A stretch of DNA of 64,000 nt from Deltaproteobacteria bacterium (GTDB taxonomy: Bacteria > Myxococcota > Kuafuiibacteriia > Kuafuiibacteriales > Kuafuiibacteriaceae). Location of the stretch: positions 416,001 to 480,000 of the forward strand of contig JAVJQW010000057.1 of assembly GCA_040218735.1 (NCBI GenBank), written 5' to 3'. Shown here one piece after another: positions 30,376 to 42,326 of this stretch. The position numbers and the translations under genes are program-made. Each line of letters opens with the position of its first letter. Within the stretch, counting starts at the first letter, position 1. Under the pieces are notes generated by a model, which saw only the letters and a program-made list of their open reading frames with translations, had not been told where the DNA came from and made no database searches.

Positions 30376-31239
30376 ATGATCGCCTCGCTGCTCCTCGCAA
30401 CGCTGGCCGCGACCGACCCCCAGGTGGTGGCGGTGTTCGACGTCCGCGACGAACGCCCGGCGGCCGAACGTCTGGACGACCCGACGCTTTCGAGCCTGAC
30501 GACCTACCTCGGCACGCTCCTCACGAAGAGCGGCCAGTATCGCGTCGTCCCGTCCTCCGAGCTGCAACGTGCCTTGCGCGACGCGAAGCGCGAGTCGTTC
30601 GAGGCGTGTTACGACGAACGTTGCCAGATCGAGATCGGCAAGGCGCTCGCGGCGCAGCTGTCGCTGCAGACGAGCATCGGTCGCGTGGGTTCGTCGTGTG
30701 TGCTGACGTCGCGGCTCTTCGACCTGCGGGAGGAGGCGACGGTGCGCGCGGCGTCGCATCGCGGCGATTGCTCCGACGACGCGCTGACGAATGGCGTCGA
30801 GCACCTCGTGAACGAGCTGGTGAACGGCGCGTCGACCGAGCCACCCCCGACGGTGACGTCGAAGATGACGCTCCAGCTGAACGGCATCGAAGCCACGCGC
30901 GCTGCGTTCGCCGGCGAGGACGCTGCGTGGAACGCGCACCTCCAACGCGTGCGCACCGAGCTCGACGACGACGACGTCCGCCTCTACCTCGGCTCCGGCC
31001 TGACCTACGCGACGTGGGCGAAGAAGACGAACGACGCGTCGGAGTCCGTGGTGCTGGAGATCGTGAAGTGGGCGAGCACGGCGCTGTCGGTCGTGGCGCT
31101 CGGAGTGCTGGTGTTCGACGAGAGCTCGCGCGACGCGGCAGGGTTCTGGCTCGGCACGACGACCCTCGCCTTCGGTCCCGCGCTGCTCTCCTGGACGTTC
31201 GATCTCGTGAACGTCGGCGACGTCCCCACCGACCTCTGA
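30376..31239 (+). CDS. Secreted hypothetical protein with CsgG/TolB-N-like domain
   Basis: Signal peptide; VAVFDV...C.DE.C..EIGKAL...GRVGS..VLT..LFD pattern; hydrophobic C-terminus. Confidence 0.7.
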   Translation: MIASLLLATLAATDPQVVAVFDVRDERPAAERLDDPTLSSLTTYLGTLLTKSGQYRVVPSSELQRALRDAKRESFEACYDERCQIEIGKALAAQLSLQTSIGRVGSSCVLTSRLFDLREEATVRAASHRGDCSDDALTNGVEHLVNELVNGASTEPPPTVTSKMTLQLNGIEATRAAFAGEDAAWNAHLQRVRTELDDDDVRLYLGSGLTYATWAKKTNDASESVVLEIVKWASTALSVVALGVLVFDESSRDAAGFWLGTTTLAFGPALLSWTFDLVNVGDVPTDL

Positions 31240-31298
31240 CCCCACCCTCGTGCCTCGAAGCGCCTGAAATCGTTGCCGACTTGTGTTTCAGGCTTATT

Positions 31299-31351
31299 GC
31301 TAATGAGAATCATTCCCAACAAGCTTGATCCTGAGAATCATTCTCATTATC
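31299..31351 (+). promoter_or_regulatory. Multiple Fur boxes upstream of the heme uptake operon
   Basis: GCTAATGAGAATCATTCCC (31299), GATCCTGAGAATCATTCTC (31327) and GAGAATCATTCTCATTATC (31333) each match GATAATGATAATCATTATC at 15/19, in an AT-rich patch. Confidence 0.88.
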
Positions 31352-31360
31352 AACAATACC

Positions 31361-33241
31361 ATGGCGTCGACGCTGTGGTTCCTCGTGGCGACGGCCACCG
31401 TCGCGCCCGAGGCCATCGAGCAGATCGTCGTCACGGGCTCCCGCATCGCGGAGACCGAGGACGACGCGCCGGTGCGCGTCGAGGTCGTCACGCGGGAGCG
31501 CATCGAGCAGTCCGGCTCCGAGTCCGTCGCCGAGCTCCTCGAGGAGCACGGCGGCGTGCAGATCGATCGATCGTTCCGCGGCGCGACCGTCGAGATGCAG
31601 GGCCTGTCCTCGGAGTACGTGCTCGTCCTCGTCGACGGGCAGCGGGCGATCGGACGGACGGACGACGCGATCGATCTCAGCCGCTTCCCCGTAGACCGCG
31701 TCGAGCGCATCGAGCTCGTCAAGGGCGCGAGCTCCGCGCTCTACGGCGCCGACGCGCTGGGCGGCGTCATCAACATCATCACCCGCGGCGCCGACCGGCC
31801 CCTCGAAGCCGCCGCCCGCCTCGCCTACGGTCGCTTCGACACCCTCGACCTCGCGGGCCACGTCGCGGGGCACGCCGGTCCGTTCGAGCTTCGACTCTCC
31901 GCCGGGTGGCACCGCGCCGACGCCTACGACCTGAGCCCGGAGGATCCGGGGACGACCGGCAGCGCGTTCGACACCGTCGAGGTCGACGGGCGCGCCGACT
32001 ACGTCATCGACGAGGACCGACGCGTCATCGCCCGGGCCTCCTACTGGCAGCGCGGGCTCGATGGCGTCGACTCCACCTCGGTCGCGACGTTCGACCGTAA
32101 GAACCGCCAGCGGCAGCTCACCGCGACCATCGGCCCCGAGCTCCGGTTCGACGACGCGAGCCGCCTCCGGATCACCGCCCACGGCGCCCTCTTCACGGAC
32201 CAGTACCTCCTCGACCAACGCGGCGCCGCGACGCTCGACGACCTGACGCAGACGTCCGAGCAGCTCGGCCAGATCGACGCCCAGTACGATCGCCTCTTCG
32301 GCATCCAGCACCTCGTCACCTTCGGGCTCGAGGGGCTCTACCAACGCCTGGAGTCGACGCGCCTCGACGGCGGCGCCGGCACCCGCGGGCGCGCCGCCGC
32401 GTTCGTGCAGGACGAGTGGTCACCGTTCGACGACGGATCGCTCACGATCGTGCCTGGGGCACGCGTCGACGCGGACTCCCAGTTCGGCGTGTACGCGACG
32501 CCGCGCCTCGCCGTGCGCTACGCCCCCGTGGAGTCCGTCGTGTTGCGCGGCAACGCGGGGCGCGGGTTCAAGGCGCCGTCGTTTCGCGACCAGCTCCTCG
32601 TCTTCGAGAACCCCACGGCGGGCTACGTGGTGCGCGGCAACCCGGACCTCGAACCGGAGAAGTCGTGGAGCTTCGGGCTCGGCGCGCAGGTTCGTCCCGC
32701 GGACGGCCTCCGCGTCGGCGTCGACCTGTTCCATAACGAAGTCGACGACCTCATCACGCCGCTCTCCAACGGACGCACGGGCGCGGGCGCTCCCGAGCTC
32801 TACAGCTACGTGAACATCGACCGCGCGCGGACGCAGGGCGTGGAGCTCAACGCCTCGTTCGCCGTCGTCCGCGGCGTCACCGTCGAGGGCGGCTACCGAC
32901 TCCTGAACGCGATCGACGTCTCGACCGGCGCACCGCTCGAAGCCCGCGCGCGACACCGCGCGACGTTCGCCGTGCGCGCGGCCGAACCGACGTGGGGCCT
33001 CGCCGCGACGGCGCGCGCCGCCGTCGTCGGCGAGCGCCCGTTCTACCTCGACGACTCCGCGACGCCGACGTTCGCGCGCCCCTACGCGACGCTCGACGCG
33101 CGCGTCGAGAAGAGCTTCCTCGACCGCGGCGTCACCGCGTTCGCCGGAATCGACAACCTGCTCGACGCGGGCGACGCCCGCTTCCTCCCTATCCCGCCTC
33201 GCGCGCTCTACGCGGGGCTCGAAGGACGTTACGCACCATGA
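31361..33241 (+). CDS. TonB-dependent outer-membrane receptor (heme/iron)
   Basis: IVVTGSR TonB box, VLVLVDG, IERIELVKGASSALYGADALGGVINIIT plug, GNPDLEPE. Confidence 0.95.
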   Translation: MASTLWFLVATATVAPEAIEQIVVTGSRIAETEDDAPVRVEVVTRERIEQSGSESVAELLEEHGGVQIDRSFRGATVEMQGLSSEYVLVLVDGQRAIGRTDDAIDLSRFPVDRVERIELVKGASSALYGADALGGVINIITRGADRPLEAAARLAYGRFDTLDLAGHVAGHAGPFELRLSAGWHRADAYDLSPEDPGTTGSAFDTVEVDGRADYVIDEDRRVIARASYWQRGLDGVDSTSVATFDRKNRQRQLTATIGPELRFDDASRLRITAHGALFTDQYLLDQRGAATLDDLTQTSEQLGQIDAQYDRLFGIQHLVTFGLEGLYQRLESTRLDGGAGTRGRAAAFVQDEWSPFDDGSLTIVPGARVDADSQFGVYATPRLAVRYAPVESVVLRGNAGRGFKAPSFRDQLLVFENPTAGYVVRGNPDLEPEKSWSFGLGAQVRPADGLRVGVDLFHNEVDDLITPLSNGRTGAGAPELYSYVNIDRARTQGVELNASFAVVRGVTVEGGYRLLNAIDVSTGAPLEARARHRATFAVRAAEPTWGLAATARAAVVGERPFYLDDSATPTFARPYATLDARVEKSFLDRGVTAFAGIDNLLDAGDARFLPIPPRALYAGLEGRYAP

Positions 33242-34764
33242 AACGAACCCATCTCCTCTGCCTCGCGCTGCTCGCCGCCTGCGGCGACCTCGAACCAGAC
33301 CCGGGCGAACCGACGCTCTCGGGCGTCGTCGTCACCGACGTCGGCGACGGGACGTACCGCCTCGAAGTCGACGCCTCCGACGAAGCCGCCTGGGTCTACT
33401 TCGACCTCGACGCGCAACGCGCCGCCGACGCCGCGGCGTGGGATCTCGGATTCAAGCGCTTCCTCGTGAAGACGAACGGCGGCTCCAGCGGTGACGCCGG
33501 CGTGCGCGTCGCCGCGGTCACGACGAACTTCGACGACCTCGACGTCGCGCCGGTCGCGGGATGGACGGAGGACCGCCCGTCCGAGGACGCGCCGACCGAC
33601 AAACCCGACGACATCCTCGAGTCGGACATCGACCACGCCTTCAACCAACCGAACGCCACGAGTGAGAACGGCTGGTACGACTACGATCCGGTCGACCACA
33701 CCCTCTCCGCCGCCGACGTCGTGTTCGTCGTCGAGTCGGACGCAGGGCGCTTCTACAAGGTCCGCTTCGAGCGTTACTACGACGACGCCGGCTCGCCCGC
33801 GATCCTCACGCTGCGCTTCGGCGAGGTCGATCCGCCCGAGGACACCGGCACCATCGACGCGTCCGAGGGATGGACGTATCTGCGCATCGGCGACGGCGTC
33901 GTCACCACGACCGCCGAAGCGCTCGACTGGGACGTCGCGATCAGCCGCACGATCTTCGCCACCAACGGCGGGACGAGCGGCGGCGGGCTCGGCGGCGCGG
34001 CGTGGGCCGACGCCTCGGCGCGCTTCGACGACATCGACGAAGTGTCGACGTTCGGGTTCGTCGGCGACGAAGAGCTCCCGATCCCCGGCCCGCCCGGCTC
34101 GGGGACGATCTCGCAGAACGCCGTGCTCGGCGAGTGGTACGACTACGACCCGGCCACGCACGCGGTGTCGCCGAAGAATCGTGTGCTGCTCGTGCGCGGC
34201 GCCGACGGCGAACGCTACGGCAAGCTCCAGATCCTCGACTACGAGGACGGCGCCTACCGCCTCGTCCTCGAACCGGTGACCGCAACGCCCGAGGCCGCGA
34301 CGTTCGAGCTCGACGCGTCGGACGCCGCCGCGTGGGTGCACGTCGATCTCACGTCCGGGCGCCTCGTCGACACCGCCTCCGCGAGCGCCGACCTCGGTTG
34401 GGACATCGCCTTTTCGCGGACGCGCATCCGCACCAACGGCGGCACGTCGGGCTCGGGTGTCGCGGGCGCCATCGAGATGGACACGAAGTTCGACGACGTC
34501 ACGTCGGCGCCGTCCGACGGATACGTCACCGACGAAGCCATCCCACTCCCCGGCCCGCCCGGCTCCGGAACGTACTCCGGCAACGCGGTTCTCAACGGCT
34601 GGTACGACTACGACCCGGCGACGCACGCCACGACCGCACGTGACGTCGCGTTCGTGGTGCGGACCGCCCACGGCGACTTCGTGAAGCTGGCCGTGCAGAG
34701 CTGGGACGACGGCGTCTACACGGTGCGCGTCGCGTACGCCGGGCCCGAGCGGAGCACGTTCTGA
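33238..34764 (+). CDS. hmuY: HmuY-family heme-binding lipoprotein with three tandem domains
   Basis: Lipobox LAAC; three repeats of DAS..W...WD..F.R..TNGG.SG...WYDYDP..H; ATGA-coupled to the receptor. Confidence 0.85.
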   Translation: MKRTHLLCLALLAACGDLEPDPGEPTLSGVVVTDVGDGTYRLEVDASDEAAWVYFDLDAQRAADAAAWDLGFKRFLVKTNGGSSGDAGVRVAAVTTNFDDLDVAPVAGWTEDRPSEDAPTDKPDDILESDIDHAFNQPNATSENGWYDYDPVDHTLSAADVVFVVESDAGRFYKVRFERYYDDAGSPAILTLRFGEVDPPEDTGTIDASEGWTYLRIGDGVVTTTAEALDWDVAISRTIFATNGGTSGGGLGGAAWADASARFDDIDEVSTFGFVGDEELPIPGPPGSGTISQNAVLGEWYDYDPATHAVSPKNRVLLVRGADGERYGKLQILDYEDGAYRLVLEPVTATPEAATFELDASDAAAWVHVDLTSGRLVDTASASADLGWDIAFSRTRIRTNGGTSGSGVAGAIEMDTKFDDVTSAPSDGYVTDEAIPLPGPPGSGTYSGNAVLNGWYDYDPATHATTARDVAFVVRTAHGDFVKLAVQSWDDGVYTVRVAYAGPERSTF

Positions 34765-35582
34765 TGCACGCCTTCGCGCTCCTCCTCGCGCTCGCCGCGA
34801 CGGACACTTCGCGGATCGTCACGCTGGGCGGCACCGCGACCGAGACGGTGTACGCGCTGGGCGTCGGCGAGCGCGTCGTCGGTATCGACAAGTCGAGCCT
34901 GTACCCGCCGGAGGCGACGAAGAAGCCGAGCGTCGGCTACGTCCGCGCGTTCTCGGCGGAGGGGGTGCTGTCGCTGAACCCCTCGCTCGTCATCGCGGTG
35001 AAGACCGCCGGACCCGCCGCGGCGCTCGCACAGCTGCGCTCCGCGGGGGTCGAGGTCGTTTTGGTCTCCGAGGAACGCTCGGTCGCCGGCGCCAAGGCGC
35101 GCGTCGAAGAAGTCGCGAAGGCCGTCGGCCGCGTCGAAGCCGGTGCACGGCTCGTCGCGGAGATCGACGAACGCGTCGAGCGCGCCGTCAACGCTGCCAC
35201 CCGCACGAAGAAGCGACCGCGCGTGCTCTTCGTCTACGCACGGGGCGGCGGGACGCTCAACGTCGCGGGCCGTGACACCGCGGCCGACGCGATCATCGAG
35301 CTCGCGCAGGGGGTCAACGTCATGTCCGAGTTCTCGGGCTACCGTCCGATGACCGCGGAGGCCACGGTGCGCGCGGCGCCGGACGTCATCCTGATCACCG
35401 AGCACGGCCTCGCGAGCGTCGGCGGGAAGGACGCGCTCTTCGCGCTGCCCGGGCTCGCGTTCACCCCCGCGAAGGCCAACGACCGCGTCGTCGTCATGGA
35501 CGACCTCCTCCTGCTCGGCTTCGGCCCGCGCGTCGCGGAGGCGGTCGAGACGCTCTCGTCGGCGTTGGGGACCGCGCCGTGA
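34764..35582 (+). CDS. hmuT: Heme ABC transporter substrate-binding protein
   Basis: RIVTLGG..TE.VYALG, VGYVRAFSAEG (heme-ligand Tyr) and LLGFGPR motifs. Confidence 0.9.
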   Translation: MHAFALLLALAATDTSRIVTLGGTATETVYALGVGERVVGIDKSSLYPPEATKKPSVGYVRAFSAEGVLSLNPSLVIAVKTAGPAAALAQLRSAGVEVVLVSEERSVAGAKARVEEVAKAVGRVEAGARLVAEIDERVERAVNAATRTKKRPRVLFVYARGGGTLNVAGRDTAADAIIELAQGVNVMSEFSGYRPMTAEATVRAAPDVILITEHGLASVGGKDALFALPGLAFTPAKANDRVVVMDDLLLLGFGPRVAEAVETLSSALGTAP

Positions 35583-36634
35583 ACGCGATCGCGATCCGGA
35601 TGCGCGGCGAGCTGCGACGCCCGGCGCTGACCGCGCTCGTCGCCGCGCTCGTCGTGGCGTTCGCCATCGCGCTGTCGTCGGGCGCGGCATCGATCGGACC
35701 GGGCCGTTCGCTCGGTGTGCTGCTCGACGTGATCGGGCTCGGGGCCTCCGCAGCGCAAGAGCACGAACGGGCCGTCATCCTCTTCGTGCGCCTCCCCCGC
35801 GTGCTCCTCGCGATCGTCGTGGGCGCAGCGCTCGCGCAGGCCGGCGCGCTGATGCAGGGGCTGTTTCGCAACCCGCTGGCGGACCCCTCGCTCGTCGGCA
35901 TCTCGGCCGGGGCGACGTTGGGCGCGGCGACGGTCATCGTGTTCGCCGGCGCCCTCCCCTTCGAGCTGCCCACGATCGTGCACCGCCTGCTGCTCCCGGT
36001 GTGTGCCTTCGCAGGTGCGCAGATCACGGGCGTGGTGCTCCACCACCTGTCCTCGTCGAGCGGGCGCACCGACGTCACGACGATGCTGCTCGCCGGCATC
36101 GCGATCAACGCGATGGCGCTCGCGGGGACCGGCGCGCTGACGTACGTCGCCACCGACGAGCAGCTCCGCTCACTCACGTTCTGGGGGATGGGGAGCCTCG
36201 GCGGCGCGACCTGGTCGTCGCTCGCGGTCGTCGCGCCGGTGCTCGTCGTCGCTGTCGCCTCCGCGTGGGGGCTCTCGCGCGCCCTGGACGCGATGCTCCT
36301 CGGCGAGGGCGAAGCACACCACCTCGGCGTCGACGTCGAAAGGACGAAGCGCCGCGCGCTCCTCACCACATCCGTCCTCATCGGAACCAGCGTCGCGCTG
36401 TGCGGGATGATCGGCTTCGTCGGCCTCCTCGTCCCGCACCTGATCCGCCTGGTGTTCGGACCGAGTCACCGCTTCCTGATGACCGCGACGATCCTCGTCG
36501 GCGGCGTGCTCCTCTTGATCGCCGACCTGGTCGCCCGCACGGTCGCCGCCCCCGCGGAGCTCCCGATCGGGATCGTGACCGCGCTGCTCGGCGCTCCGTT
36601 CTTCCTCGCGCTGCTGAAGAGGCAACAGACATGA
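35579..36634 (+). CDS. hmuU: Heme ABC transporter permease (FecCD family)
   Basis: RLPR, QGLFRNPLADP, LGEGEAHHLGV, IGFVGLLVPH and ELPIG motifs. Confidence 0.93.
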   Translation: MNAIAIRMRGELRRPALTALVAALVVAFAIALSSGAASIGPGRSLGVLLDVIGLGASAAQEHERAVILFVRLPRVLLAIVVGAALAQAGALMQGLFRNPLADPSLVGISAGATLGAATVIVFAGALPFELPTIVHRLLLPVCAFAGAQITGVVLHHLSSSSGRTDVTTMLLAGIAINAMALAGTGALTYVATDEQLRSLTFWGMGSLGGATWSSLAVVAPVLVVAVASAWGLSRALDAMLLGEGEAHHLGVDVERTKRRALLTTSVLIGTSVALCGMIGFVGLLVPHLIRLVFGPSHRFLMTATILVGGVLLLIADLVARTVAAPAELPIGIVTALLGAPFFLALLKRQQT

Positions 36635-37458
36635 GCGCCGCCATGCATTCGGAGCCTTCGTGCCTCCAGCTCACCAACGTCTCGCTCGAACGTGGCGGAC
36701 GCCGCGTCCTCGACGCGGTTTCGGTCGACGTCCCGAGCGCCGCCGTCACCGCGATCGTCGGTCCCAACGGCGCCGGGAAATCGACCCTCCTCGACGTCGC
36801 GGCGGGTGCGCTCACGCCGAACCACGGGCGCGTCTTCATCGCGGGGCGCGCACTCGATCGCTGGTCCAAGGGTGAGCTCGCGACCAAACGCGCCGTCCTG
36901 CCCCAGTCGTCCACGCTCGCGTTCGGTTTCTCGGTCGACGAGGTCATTCGACTGGGGCGCCTACCGCACTTGTCTTCGAAACGGGACGACGACCGCATCG
37001 CCAAGCTCGCGCTCGCACGTGTCGGCCTCGACGGGTTCGGCCCGCGCAGCTACCTCGAGCTGTCCGGCGGCGAGCGGCAGCGCGTCCAGCTCGCGCGGGT
37101 CCTCGCGCAGATCTGGGAGCCGACGGCCCACCGCATCCTGCTCCTCGACGAACCCACCGCGGCGCTCGACCTCGTTCACCAGCACCAGACGCTCCGCCTC
37201 GCGCGAGGCCTCGCCTCGGAGGGGGTCGCCGTCGCGGTCGTCCTCCACGACCTCAACCTCGCCGCGCAGTACGCGGATCGAATCGCGGTGATGGACCGCG
37301 GTCGCGTCGAACACGTCGGCGCGCCGCACGAAGTCCTGCGCCCCTCGATCCTCGAACCCATCTTTCGGATTCACGTCGACGTCATGGAGTTGGCGTCGCC
37401 CCAACGCAGGCTCGTCCTCGTCCGCGATCCGGACGCAGCCGAAGGAGACCACGCATGA
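36631..37458 (+). CDS. hmuV: Heme ABC transporter ATP-binding protein
   Basis: GPNGAGKST, LSGGERQRVQLARVLAQIW, LLLDEP and VLHDLNLA motifs. Confidence 0.93.
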   Translation: MSAAMHSEPSCLQLTNVSLERGGRRVLDAVSVDVPSAAVTAIVGPNGAGKSTLLDVAAGALTPNHGRVFIAGRALDRWSKGELATKRAVLPQSSTLAFGFSVDEVIRLGRLPHLSSKRDDDRIAKLALARVGLDGFGPRSYLELSGGERQRVQLARVLAQIWEPTAHRILLLDEPTAALDLVHQHQTLRLARGLASEGVAVAVVLHDLNLAAQYADRIAVMDRGRVEHVGAPHEVLRPSILEPIFRIHVDVMELASPQRRLVLVRDPDAAEGDHA

Positions 37459-37991
37459 ACGAAGACGACATGACCCGCGAAGACGCGCAGTCCATCTCCA
37501 GCGCGCGGGCGCTCGACGACGCGGAGCAGCTCCTGTTCAGCCGCGGCGACGGCGTCCTGTGCACGAGCTCGAAACGCGCGGACGGGTGGCCGTTCGGCTC
37601 CGTCGTCCCCTACGCCCTCGACGTGGCCGGCCGCCCGATCATCCTCGTCGCGAGCATCGCAGAGCACACCCGCAACATCGGCGCCGACCCGCGCGTGTCG
37701 CTGCTCGTCCAGGCCGACGTCACGCAGGGCGACGTGCAAGCCCACGGACGACTCTGCGTCATGGGGCGTGCGGTCGCGATTCCCGAGGCGGACCTCGACG
37801 ACGCCCGCGAGCGCTACCTCGCGCGCCTCCCCGAGGCCGAGGGCTACTTTGCCACCCACAACTTCTCGTTCCTGCGCATCGAGGTGGAACGGCTCCGCTA
37901 CATCGGCGGCTTCGGGAAGATCTTCTGGCTCGACGTCGACCGCTACCGCGCCCGCCAGGGCCACGCTCGCGTCCGCGCAGAGGCGGTCTGA
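37455..37991 (+). CDS. HugZ/HutZ-like split-barrel heme utilisation protein
   Basis: G.PFGSVVPY, S.IAEHTRNI..DPRVSLLV and IGGFG motifs; lies in the heme operon. Confidence 0.82.
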   Translation: MNEDDMTREDAQSISSARALDDAEQLLFSRGDGVLCTSSKRADGWPFGSVVPYALDVAGRPIILVASIAEHTRNIGADPRVSLLVQADVTQGDVQAHGRLCVMGRAVAIPEADLDDARERYLARLPEAEGYFATHNFSFLRIEVERLRYIGGFGKIFWLDVDRYRARQGHARVRAEAV

Positions 37992-37992
37992 A

Positions 37993-38205
37993 ATGGGCGC
38001 CGATACCAAATGTGTCCGACGCATCCTCACGTCGGGCCGAGTGAGCAAGATCGAGCAGTGCGTCGGGTGTGACCACGTGCACCTCCACGTCGGCTGCGTG
38101 ACGCTGCGCCTGGAGGTCGCCGCGTTCCACTCGCTGGTGGACGACCTCCTGCAGGCGTCGATCGCGATGGTCGAAGCGCCCGAGGAACGCAGGCTCCACT
38201 CGTGA
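37993..38205 (+). CDS. 70-aa Cys/His-rich microprotein
   Basis: ATG 1 nt after the HugZ-like stop; CVGCDHVHLHVGCVTLRL motif; stop overlaps the next GTG. Confidence 0.72.
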   Translation: MGADTKCVRRILTSGRVSKIEQCVGCDHVHLHVGCVTLRLEVAAFHSLVDDLLQASIAMVEAPEERRLHS

Positions 38206-38741
38206 AACCGATCGAGATCCGCGCCGAGCGCGCACGCGCCCGGCACCTCCGCGGGCGCTACCTCGACGACGAGGGCCGACCCGACCCGACCGCCCTCCTT
38301 CGGCTCGCACGCCAGCAGATCGCGCTCGCGCACCTTCCGCCCGCGGCTCAGCACGAGGCGGTGCTCACGCGCGCGCGATGGCTGGAGCTGGAGTCCTGGT
38401 GGGCGGCGGACGACTGCCCGGTCTGGCGGCTCGGACCTTCACAAGTCGAGCGGATCCTCGACACACCACTCGTCAACGAACACCGCATCGTCCTTCCGTC
38501 CGCAGCGTTTGCGATCAGCTGCAACCCAGCTTGCAACCTGCGAATAGGCGGAGAGCGGGTCGACGAAGTGCTCGTCCTCCAGGACGAAGCGGCTCGCTTG
38601 CTGGGTGGCGCCATCCTCGACGGCGCCCCCGCGTTCTTCGGTGTCCCGCGGTCGCGCCGCCTCGACTCGCTGACGAGCGAAGTACGAACGCTCGTCCACC
38701 TGGTCCTCGGCCTCGCGCAGGAGCTCGCGACCGCGGCGTGA
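38202..38741 (+). CDS. Hypothetical protein
   Basis: GTGA-coupled 179-aa ORF with no recognised motif. Confidence 0.5.
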   Translation: MKPIEIRAERARARHLRGRYLDDEGRPDPTALLRLARQQIALAHLPPAAQHEAVLTRARWLELESWWAADDCPVWRLGPSQVERILDTPLVNEHRIVLPSAAFAISCNPACNLRIGGERVDEVLVLQDEAARLLGGAILDGAPAFFGVPRSRRLDSLTSEVRTLVHLVLGLAQELATAA

Positions 38742-38832
38742 CGCCGCCGATCACATGCGGTAGGCGACGCCGACGGCGCCCTCGAGGTCGTGTTCGAAGT
38801 GCTCGCGTTTGTCCAACATCGCGTAGGCCGCG

Positions 38833-39696
38833 CTAACGCGGTGCAACGCGCGGCGCCGGCATCCGCGAGACGGGCAGCTCGGTGCGCGACGCCCAATCCC
38901 ACCACGAGCCGTCGTAGTTCATCGTGTCCTCGAAGCCCGCTTCGACGAGCGCCGCGATGACAAACGCGCTCCGAACGCCGCCCGTGCAGTACGCGATCAC
39001 CGGCTCCTTTCGAGACAGTCCGAACTTCGTGAAGAGGCGTTCGAGGCGCTCCCGCGGGAGCACACGACCGCGATCGTCGAGGAGCTGACGCCACTCCAGG
39101 CGGCGGGCCCCCGGCACGTGACCGCCCCGGTACGAGAGGTACGGCGTCGCGCCGTCGTACTCCTCCTGCGTCCTCGCATCGAGGACCTGGGCGTCGTGCC
39201 CGCGGACCGCGGCGAGCACACGTTCGTGATCGGCGCGTAACTTCTTCTCGACGCGCGCGCGGAAGCTGCCTTCCTTCGTATCGGCGACGTCGTCCCACGT
39301 TCGCAGGCCAGCGGCGCGCCACGCCTGGATGCCGCCGTCGAGGATCCGCGCATTGCGGTGCCCAAGGTACGCGAGCGTCCACCAAATGCGCGCCTCCTCG
39401 CCCCACCCCCGATCGGCCTCGCCGTACACGAGGAGCGGTTGATCCGCCTCGACGCCGATCTCGCGCAGCGCCTCTTCGAGCTTCGCCGTTTCGGCGAGGC
39501 GGCCGGTGCGCCCGAGGCCATCGCGCAGCATGAACCACAAGAGCGTGCGTGCGTTCGGCAGGTAAGGTGCGGACGAGGACAGCCGTGCGTCGATCGTGAT
39601 CGCGCCGTCGCCGATCATGTCCGCGGCTTGCGCGGGGGTCACGAAGACACGTCCGGGCGTAGCGGACGCGAGGAGCGTGAGCGTCAGCGCGAGCAC
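38833..39696 (-). CDS. Secreted tandem-domain sulfurtransferase (rhodanese)
   Basis: IDAR, LDGG, LDART.EEY.G, GHVPGA, YCTGGVRS and YDGSWWDW motifs; signal peptide from GTG 39696. Confidence 0.9.
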   Translation of the reverse strand: MLALTLTLLASATPGRVFVTPAQAADMIGDGAITIDARLSSSAPYLPNARTLLWFMLRDGLGRTGRLAETAKLEEALREIGVEADQPLLVYGEADRGWGEEARIWWTLAYLGHRNARILDGGIQAWRAAGLRTWDDVADTKEGSFRARVEKKLRADHERVLAAVRGHDAQVLDARTQEEYDGATPYLSYRGGHVPGARRLEWRQLLDDRGRVLPRERLERLFTKFGLSRKEPVIAYCTGGVRSAFVIAALVEAGFEDTMNYDGSWWDWASRTELPVSRMPAPRVAPR

Positions 39697-39736
39697 GAGG
39701 TCGAGGATGGATCGAGGGGAGGGAGGAGGGCCAGGA

Positions 39737-39772
39737 CCATCGGCGCCCCGCGAGAAACGGGGGCGCCGACGG
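39737..39772 (-). terminator. Strong stem-loop directly downstream of katG (no U-tract)
   Basis: ccatcggcgcccc-10 nt-ggggcgccgacgg inverted repeat. Confidence 0.55.
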
Positions 39773-39779
39773 GGCCGGG

Positions 39780-42155
<2,376 letters not shown>

Positions 42156-42192
42156 GGAGCCTGTTGTTATGCCCGTCCGGAGTGGAGATCCA

Positions 42193-42228
42193 ATAGAAAC
42201 CCCGAAACGATCGATAGGCAGAAGCTAT
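42193..42228 (-). promoter_or_regulatory. OxyR-like (LysR-type) site upstream of katG
   Basis: Perfect ATAG-N7-CTAT at 42214-42228 plus a second ATAG at 42193. Confidence 0.55.
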
Positions 42229-42326
42229 GAGGCACCGTCCCGCCCCGGGCGTGGCAATTCGCCATGTGCCGAGACGCGAGACGCGCAGCCGCCCCCTTGG
42301 CGCGGCCCGTGCACTCTGGGCCGAGC

